Part shown: piece by piece, positions 49,385 through 57,036 of the stretch | How positions within the stretch are numbered: the first letter of the stretch is position 1 | Layout: every line of letters starts with the position of its first letter | NCBI GenBank assembly: GCA_050949565.1 | Contig: JBMNFY010000017.1 | Coordinates: 1,568,001 to 1,632,000 of the forward strand | Source: Kiritimatiellia bacterium | GTDB lineage: Bacteria; Verrucomicrobiota; Kiritimatiellia; RFP12; UBA1067 | Length of the DNA: 64,000 nucleotides | Direction of reading: 5' to 3' | Program-made: the position numbers and the translations under genes | The notes under the pieces: model-generated | Database searches by the model: none | What the model saw: only the letters and a program-made list of their open reading frames with translations | What the model was told of the DNA's origin: nothing

Positions 49385-51042
49385 GGGGTTACTTTCTTGG
49401 GTGTTGCCTGAGTCGGAAGTTCCAAAATCCAGGCTTGGTTTTGAAGATAACTCGGAGGGTTGCTGTGGGGCACGCCCACATCGTGAAGAATCGTTTTCGG
49501 CCCGCGCAGTTCATTGTACGCCGCATAGACGCTCGGCGGCGGACAGGCTTCATCCGCAAAGCCGATCAGCACGCGGCACTCGCATTGCACCCGTGAGGCG
49601 AAGTGACCGGCATCGTAGTACGCCGCAGTGACCGCCACTGCCGCGCGGTCTTCGGGTCGCGCGCGCTCCATGAGCATGGGCCATCCTGCCCGACGGCCTA
49701 CACGGCCGGCGAGCATGTCGGCCATGGCGGGCTGGCAGAAGAGCGCGCGCGAGAAGACCGGCGTCAACGCCGTCAACATCATGCCCATTCCGCCGCCTTG
49801 GCTCCGGCCGAAATAACCCACGCGCGTGCGGTCGGCCTCGGGACGCTCCAGCACCCACAGCACCGCGCGGCGGATGCCCAGCAGGGGGTCGTGGTAGAAA
49901 TAGGTCGTGCGGTCGGTGTAGCCTGCGTAACGATGGTTCTCATAGGCACTGCGCAGTTTTATGCCGGCCACATCATCCGCGTAGCGCCGGTTCTGCTCGT
50001 CATATTTTCGGCGCTGGGTGGCGGCGTCCGGCCCCGGCTCGAAGTCGTGAATGTTTATGACCAGCGTGATGACACGGTCGTCATCGGGCCGCGTCTCCGG
50101 CGCATGTGCGCCCGGTCCGGCCCACGGCACCGTAACGCGCACAGGGAATGGTCCACGCGAGCGATCCGCCGGAACGCTCAAAAACCCATGCACCCGCTTG
50201 CCGTTGAAGGTCGCGAAACTCACACGCGAAACCTCGGTAGCGGCCGTGCAGGCCGACGCGAGGCGCGTGACACGCGCATCCAGCGGAACCTCCCGATCCA
50301 GCCGCGCGATCTCACCGCGCCAGTAGGCGTCGAAGTCCGGCGGCGGCCCGCCCGATCCCAGACGGATGCCGCACGGATCGAAGGCGATGCCGTACACGAC
50401 GGGCTTCACCAGCTTCTGGCCATCCAGCGCGGCGCGGCAGCGCAGAAAGCCCGGATGGTGTAGCGTACCGCGCCACACGAACGGATTGTCGCGCGCCAAG
50501 GTCAGCTTCTGCACGGCTAGACGATTGGTGCCGAAGTTATCGACCGTGAACGAGACGGTGCCGGTCTTCAGCAAGCCGCCCTGCGCATCGTTGATACGCA
50601 GCGTCACGGTTGTCTCTTCGCCGCACGCATAGACCGCAGACGGCCGGTCAGTCAGGAACGTGATCGTCGGCGCGGGCGGTGCTCCGTACAAAAGCCCAGC
50701 CGATGCGAGAACAAGGCAGAGCACAGCCGCGCGCGGAGTTGGCAGGTAGGATTTAGGATTTAGGAGTTGAGCGTTTTTTAACGCAGAGACGCAGAGACGC
50801 AGAGGTTTTTGGGGTGGCGGCGTGACCACCGCTGGGAGGGGCAAGCGTCTGCTTGCCCGCGGACGAGCAGACGCTCGTCCCTCCCGGTGCTCCGCGATGA
50901 ACCCTGAAACCATCCTTTCATTACACGGACGGGGCAGAAAGCGGTGCCGGTTCTGTGGGCGGCGTTTACGCTGCCGGGCAAGCGGACGCTTGCCCCTCCC
51001 AGTGCTCCGCGATGAAAGCCGATTACCCGCGCGCTTCATCAT
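49381..51042 (-). CDS. Secreted acetyl esterase (AXE1/CE7-like alpha/beta hydrolase); N-terminus extended by repeat-derived sequence
   Basis: PPDFDAYW, GRSQGG nucleophile elbow, YYDA, GFADEACPP, GVPH; start uncertain. Confidence 0.8.
   Translation of the reverse strand: MMKRAGNRLSSRSTGRGKRPLARQRKRRPQNRHRFLPRPCNERMVSGFIAEHREGRASARPRASRRLPLPAVVTPPPQKPLRLCVSALKNAQLLNPKSYLPTPRAAVLCLVLASAGLLYGAPPAPTITFLTDRPSAVYACGEETTVTLRINDAQGGLLKTGTVSFTVDNFGTNRLAVQKLTLARDNPFVWRGTLHHPGFLRCRAALDGQKLVKPVVYGIAFDPCGIRLGSGGPPPDFDAYWRGEIARLDREVPLDARVTRLASACTAATEVSRVSFATFNGKRVHGFLSVPADRSRGPFPVRVTVPWAGPGAHAPETRPDDDRVITLVINIHDFEPGPDAATQRRKYDEQNRRYADDVAGIKLRSAYENHRYAGYTDRTTYFYHDPLLGIRRAVLWVLERPEADRTRVGYFGRSQGGGMGMMLTALTPVFSRALFCQPAMADMLAGRVGRRAGWPMLMERARPEDRAAVAVTAAYYDAGHFASRVQCECRVLIGFADEACPPPSVYAAYNELRGPKTILHDVGVPHSNPPSYLQNQAWILELPTQATPKKVTP
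50747..51013. repeat. REP/heptamer/octamer mosaic within the esterase 5' coding region
   Basis: TAGGATTTAGGATTTAGGAGTT, (ACGCAGAG)3, REP doublet at ~50834-50885, composite REP at 50947-51013. Confidence 0.8.
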
Positions 51043-53034
51043 GCATCACCGATCCTTTCGATTGCCACGGCATCCGCGACCACCACGCCGTCTGTACTGT
51101 CGGTCTCAATGCGGACTTCGGCTGGACTTTCCGGGCGTAGCTCCACGGTCGCCAATTCGTGCCACAGGCCCGAGCCCTGCCGCATGTCCACGGTCACTTG
51201 GGGCGTGCCGTGCGCATGCCGGATTGTCACCGGAACTGCTCCGGCGCGTCCGTTCCAATAATAATTCCAGATCATGCGGATGCGGTACATGCCCGTCTGT
51301 CGCACCGGCAGCGCGTAAGCGGCCCAGGTGTCTGCGCTGCCCTGTTCCGCATATCGGAACCCGCTACCGACATGATCGCCGTTTTCGTGCAGCCCCTTTT
51401 TCCACTCTCCGTGAAAGGTCACCTGCTCCGCGTCCGCGTCATCAATGATTGTCCATCCCGCCTGCGCCGGATCCGGACGGCCCGGGAAGGCTCCGCCGAT
51501 GCACGCTTGCAGTTCCGCGACGCGCGCGGGATCGGCCGCCAGTGCCTGCGGCCCCAGCGCGTGCCGTCGACAGAGCGCCGCCGCATAGCCGACGGCCACG
51601 CCCATCTGCCCGGTGGTGTTCATCACGCGCGGACTGGCGTGGCCCACATGCGTGGCGCTGAAACATCGTCCGGCCATCAGCAAATTCTTGACGTTGCGCG
51701 AGTAGAGTGCGCGTAGCGGAATCCAGTAGCGTCCGAACAATGGCTGACGACACATCGTCAGGAAATCCGCGCCGCCCGCGTGTTCGTGAAGGTCAATCGA
51801 CCATGTGCCTGTGGCCACCGCGTCTGGGAAAGGCGTCTGCTCGCGCACATCGTTTTCCGTCAGGATCACATCGCCCAGCAGCCGCCGCGATTCCCGCTTG
51901 CCTAAATTGTAGGGAACAAAATCCAGCACCCGGCGCGCATGTTGCGGATCGCGTTTGGCCAAGCTGAAGCTACCGTAGATCACGCGCAGCAAATGGTCGC
52001 GGATTGTCTCGCCTTCCGTGATGATGTTGTGGTCGAGCCCGTACTCCCAGTTCCACTCGCCCTGTGTGGCGACCACGCCTTGCGCGGCGGGTTCGGCCCA
52101 CGGCAGCGGGCCGAACGGCACGGCGGTGTTGGCTGTCATCGAGGTCCACATCAGGCTGCATCCCAAAGTCCGCCCATCCGCTACGGCCGGTGCCATGCTT
52201 TCGCCGAACTCGTCCGCCGCTTCGCGTCCCATGCGATAATCCGCGCCCGCCCAGTAGCCGATCCAGCCGTCGCCGGTGGCATCCACAAAGAGCGGCGCGG
52301 CGAACCGCGCCATCGCGCCGCTCTCAACCTGCCGCGCCGTCACGGCAGCGATTCGGTTCTCTTCCGCTGTTCGTTCCACGCCGCACGCTCGCCATCCCGT
52401 GTAAAGCGCTACGTTCGGCTCGTCCTGCACCAGCCGCATACGCGCTCGGTCAGAGAGCGCCGCGCCGGGCTCGCGGTTCATGAAGAGATTGCGCACTTCG
52501 CGCACCAGCGGGTGACGCGCTTCGCCGCCGCACCAGACACGCACCTCTTGGCTGGCGTTACCGCCCAGCATCGGTCGGTCGTGCAGGAGCGCGACTTTGA
52601 GTCCTTGCCGCGCCGCAGCCAGCGCGGCGCAGGTGCCCGCGATACCGCCGCCGACAACCACCAGATCAAAATTCCGTGGAGGCGCACCTTGCGGCTCGTG
52701 AGGACACTCGCCCTCCATTTCGTGAAGGGCGTCTGGGGGACGAGCGTTCCCGCGCGTGAAGGCGATACCGGCGCACCGCCCGTCAAACCCTGTGAGATCG
52801 CGCAACGCCACGCTGATTCGCGGGGTGGCGGTCTCGATTTCGCCGCCGTCAACCCAGCCCCAGGCGTCCGGCGCGATACCGAAAACCTGCGCGAGCGGGC
52901 GTTCGTCGATCAACACGTGAAACTGACCCGGCGGCTCCGCGACACCCGGCACCCAATTGCGCGTCCGCACCCAGACACGCCAACGTCCGGCTGCGGGCAG
53001 CGGCCAGCACATAGCATTGGTTTTCAGGTTTCAT
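51039..53034 (-). CDS. FAD-dependent oxidoreductase (FAD_oxidored family) with C-terminal golvesin/CBM-like domain; N-terminus apparently deleted or frameshifted
   Basis: DLVVVGGGIAG, LGGNAS, FVDATGDG, KRESRRL, WSIDLH, IPLRALYS; ATG 53034 (MKPENQCYVLA) is out of frame with the main ORF (53012). Confidence 0.75.
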
Positions 53035-53048
53035 GTGGTAATGCGTCT

Positions 53049-53130
53049 CCGGTTCTGTGGGCGGCGTTCACGCCGCCGGGAGGGGCAAGCGTCTGCTTGC
53101 CCGCGGACGAGCAGACGCTCGTCCCTCCCC
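53049..53130. repeat. Composite REP-like doublet
   Basis: CCGGTTCTGTGGGCGGCGTTCACGCCGCC-GGGAGGGGCAAGCGTCTGCTTGCCCGCGGACGAGCAGACGCTCGTCCCTCCC. Confidence 0.85.
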
Positions 53131-53140
53131 GCAGCCGTAC

Positions 53141-56100
53141 TCACCGTATCCGGATGATCGTTCCACCGCTCTTGGTCAGGATGCGGCCGTTACCCAGTAC
53201 AGTCGCGCCACCGGCGGTTCCCGTGCGCAACGCGCCGTTGAGCGGCACACCGTCCACGTAGATGTACTCCAGATACGGCGTGGAAGTGTTATCCAAGATC
53301 ACCGTCGAGCCGGTCGAGAGATAGAGCGACGTCACGCCTTCCGTGCGCACCGTGTTCAGACGCTTCAGCGATACCGCGTCGATCAGCACCGTGGCGTGCA
53401 GGTTATCAACCTCGGTGGGCAAGCCGACGAATTCCAGCGTATGCTCGCCCCGCGTCAGCGTCACGGGCACCTCGACCGGCAGGAAGCCGTGGTAACCGTC
53501 ATGAGTGACCGTGTATACGGTCACGCCGTCCACGCGTACCTCGACATTGCGCGTATTGCTCGAAAAGCCGTTGCGCGTGGCCTGTTCAAACGACAGTACA
53601 TGCGGGCCGGCGTGTTCCACAAGGAAGGTCGTCTGGATCGAGCCCTCTCGGATGAAAGCCGTAACGATACCGTTAGTCGTGTAGGGGGTTGGGTCGGAGA
53701 ACGCGCTGCCGTTGGTCTGGATGCCGCTCGTGTTGTTACCCGAGAAGAGCCAGCCGGTTTCTTTCGGTATGTAGTTGTGTCCATACTCATCGAAGGTGTC
53801 CGGCGCATAGATTTCAAAGCTGCCATTGGTCACGGCGACCGAGGTCTCCGCTTCGACTGCCGCGAACTGGGCACCCTGCACCTCGTCGTCAAAACGTAGC
53901 GCCGGGACGCCGATCAGCCGCACCGCATCGATCAGCACCGTCGCGTTGTTATATGAGCACGGTAACCCTTCAAATGTCAGGGTATGCGTTCCGGCCGTCA
54001 GCGACAGTGTGATTTCCTCTGGACGGAAGCCGTGTAACTCACCGCCGTGCGTGATGGTGTAAACCTTCACGCCATCAATTTTCACCTCCACGTTGCGCGC
54101 CCAGCTGTCGTAACCGTTGCGCGTGGCCTGTTCGAAGGCCAGGCGGTAGGTGCCGTCGTGCGGTACGTTGAAGTCACGCTGGATCGCCCCCCCTTCACGA
54201 AAGCCGTTATGGTGCCGTTGGTCGTGTGGTAGTCGGGATGGCTGGAGAAACCGCTGTCGTTGGCCTGAATGCCGCAGTTTGATGAGAAACTCCAGCCCGT
54301 GCCGGTCGGCTGATATCTGTAACTCTTTGTTATGGTAGGCGGGTTGTAGACCTCAAAGCTGCCATTGATGATTTCCGCTTCAGGCGCAGCCTCGGTCAGG
54401 CGCAGCGTACCGCCCGCCGCCACATGGATTGCCGCGTTGGAGATGCCACCGCCGCCGAGTTCCAGCGTGCCGCCGTCCTGCACCTCGATCGTTTTACCCG
54501 CGAACCACGCTTGGGCCAGACGCAGCGTGCCCTGCTCCACCGTCACCGGGCCGGATGAGACCAGCGGCTGCGTCAGGGTCAGGCACCCCTCGCCGAGTTT
54601 CCGTAGACCGCCATCAGGAATGGCACCGAGCAACGGATCAGCCTCGAGCGACTGGTGAATCGAGGCGTTCATGCCTGCCGTGTCACAGACGAACCCGCCG
54701 GAGCCGAGATAGATCGAGAGCAGATTCACACGGTTGATGCTGATGAAGTCGTTGGTCGCCGTGCTGGTCTGCGCCACCTTCAGCGTACCACCGTTCAGCC
54801 GCAGAATCGCGGGCTCCACCGCAAATATGCCACCGTCATAGCGGATTTCGTCAGCCTCCAGCACACCACCGTGCAATTCGAGCAGATGCGTCAACTGCTC
54901 ATCGCGGCGCTGGCTCTTGGAAAGATTCACCCGACCGGCGCGGAGGTGGCCGCCGTTAATAATCGTCCGCGTACTGCGGACGGTGTTCGGGGTGAACATC
55001 GGCGATTCGGCGAACGTGAGCGCGCCGCCGTTGAGGACAATTCCAACCGGCTCAAGGGGCGCGACGTCATTCGGAGGACTGGCCGTGCCATGGGCAAAAC
55101 GGAACGTCGCTTCTCCCGCCTCCTGAAGGTATTCGCCTCCCGCGACATTTAGGTAGAGCCCCGGTACGTTCAACACTGCGTCTGCCACACGCAAGCGCGA
55201 GCCATAACGCACTTCGACACGCGGATTGTCGGGCAACGAGTCGATTTGCTCGATGACCGTGCCGCCGTTCAACTCCAGATTGTTTCGGTCGTAAACGAAC
55301 ACATTGAACACCTTCGTGGTCGTGGCGGGATCCAGCGCAAGGCGCACCGCACTCGTGCCGGAACTCGTATGCCCGCCCACCTTGATTTGCTCGCAACCGG
55401 TATTGAACGCCAGACACTGCAACTCAAGCGTCCCGCCTTGCGCGGCGGCGACGGAGCCTCTGAGGCCGACGGTGACCAAGTTGGACACCGTCGAGTGGCT
55501 GTCCTCGCCCACAAGTGTCACATCAGATCCTGTCATTCCCACTTCCACCGGACCGGTTCCCAGCGCGTTGCTGGCCGCGATGAACACCTTACCCTGTTCA
55601 ATCCGGTTGGTTCCCGTGTAACTGCTGTCGGCCTACAGATACAGGTCTCCCGCTCCGATCTTGGTCAGGCCACCATCCAGCGTTGTGCCCAGTGCGGGAT
55701 CATGCGTGAAGGACTGCGACGTCTTGTAGAACTTTCCTCCCGGAATATTGACCCTCAGCCCGCCCGCCTGCATCAGGGCCTCGGTCATGCCGCTGATAAA
55801 TGCGCTGTTGGAACGTTCGGGGTACAGTTCGGTTCCGTTGAGCAAGAGACGGGAGTGTGTGCCGTTGGCACCACCTGTTCCGCCCATACGCGCCAAGGTT
55901 AGCTTGCCGCCGTCCAGTTGCAAGGTGGCACTGCGACCGGCCGCCAACTCGGTCATTTCGATCACCACTGTCCAGACGTCGGCGGAGTCCGCGATGCGGA
56001 ACCAGGCATCTTGCTCACGGCCCAAGACCACACGCGCGTTCACGCCATCACTGATGGCGGTGGCTCTGGCGTGCCAGACGCCGCCGGTGATCTCAAAGGA

Positions 56101-56703
56101 TGCGGGCTGCGCCGCAGTGCCATCTCCCAGCACCAGGATATCGCCGCCGCTGAGCAGCAGATTGGTGCCGCCGGTCTGCACGTACGCGGCCCCCGCCGCC
56201 ACGCTCTGGACGCCGGACAAGCACAGCGTGCGGCCCTCTTCGATCTGCAGCACGCCTTCGGCCACCGCCAGATCTTGCACATTGGTTTCGCCAGCGTATG
56301 CCGCCGCGCCCAGGCACAGCGTACCCGCGCCAGTTTTGGAGAGCGGCGTCTCCGCATGGATCGCGGTCTCCAGCCGTGAGGTCACACCGGCTCCTTCCGT
56401 CGCGATGAACGGCGACGCTCCGGTGAAGGTCAAAGAGTCACCGGTCAGCCGGTAACCATCCGCCGTGAAACGGATCGCGCCCAGACTGAGCGCCTCGCCG
56501 ACTGTAATGGCACGTTGCGTGGAGTCGCCGAACACAGCGGTGTGGCCCATGTTGTTCGGCCAGACTACGCCGCCGTCCCAGTTGGGTTCGGACGTGGACC
56601 ACACGCCGTTGGCCGGATTCGCCATCCACACCACATCAGCCGCTTGCAGCAGAACCGCCGAAGCCAGCAGTCCGCATACGCACAACACCCTATTTCTGCT
56701 CAT
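53141..56703 (-). pseudogene. Disrupted secreted PATR-repeat protein with two C-terminal galactose-binding-like (NGSFE) domains
   Basis: AGGAGG RBS, ATG 56703 and signal peptide; in-frame TAG at 55633-55635; frameshift in a G7 tract (54187-54193); joins three ORFs. Confidence 0.8.
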
Positions 56704-57036
56704 AACACCCTCCTGACTTTTTACCAATTACAAGGCAAGGAGAGCACACGCCCGCAAGCAATGCGTCCACGTTATTAAAAATGTAATATCTTGAACATGT
56801 GCGCCGCGCCGCGCCGCACGGACGTGCGCCGCGGATTTAGGATTTAAGATTTAGGAGTTACCGGCACCGCCGACAGGATCGGCAGTCCCGGCAGTCCCCC
56901 CAAAACCTCTGACCCTTAAATACCTGTCCCTTAGTGACCATTCCAACTGCCCGCTTCAGGGTAAAATGTTCATTTCATTTTTAACACACGTCATATAATA
57001 TAGTGCCAACTGTGTGGTTTCGGTGTTTTTGGGACA
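56704..57036. promoter_or_regulatory. Divergent promoter region with two related AT-rich motifs in inverted orientation
   Basis: ACGTTATTAAAAATGTAATATCTTGAACAT (~56769) resembles the reverse complement of ATGTTCATTTCATTTTTAACACACGT (~56966); TATAAT at 56994. Confidence 0.4.

Noticed and set aside
30063-55635. Alternative genetic code or Sec/Pyl readthrough at the in-frame TGA (30063) and TAG (55633)
   Set aside because: TGA and TAG end many intact genes here, TGG is used for Trp, and the same genes carry frameshifts.
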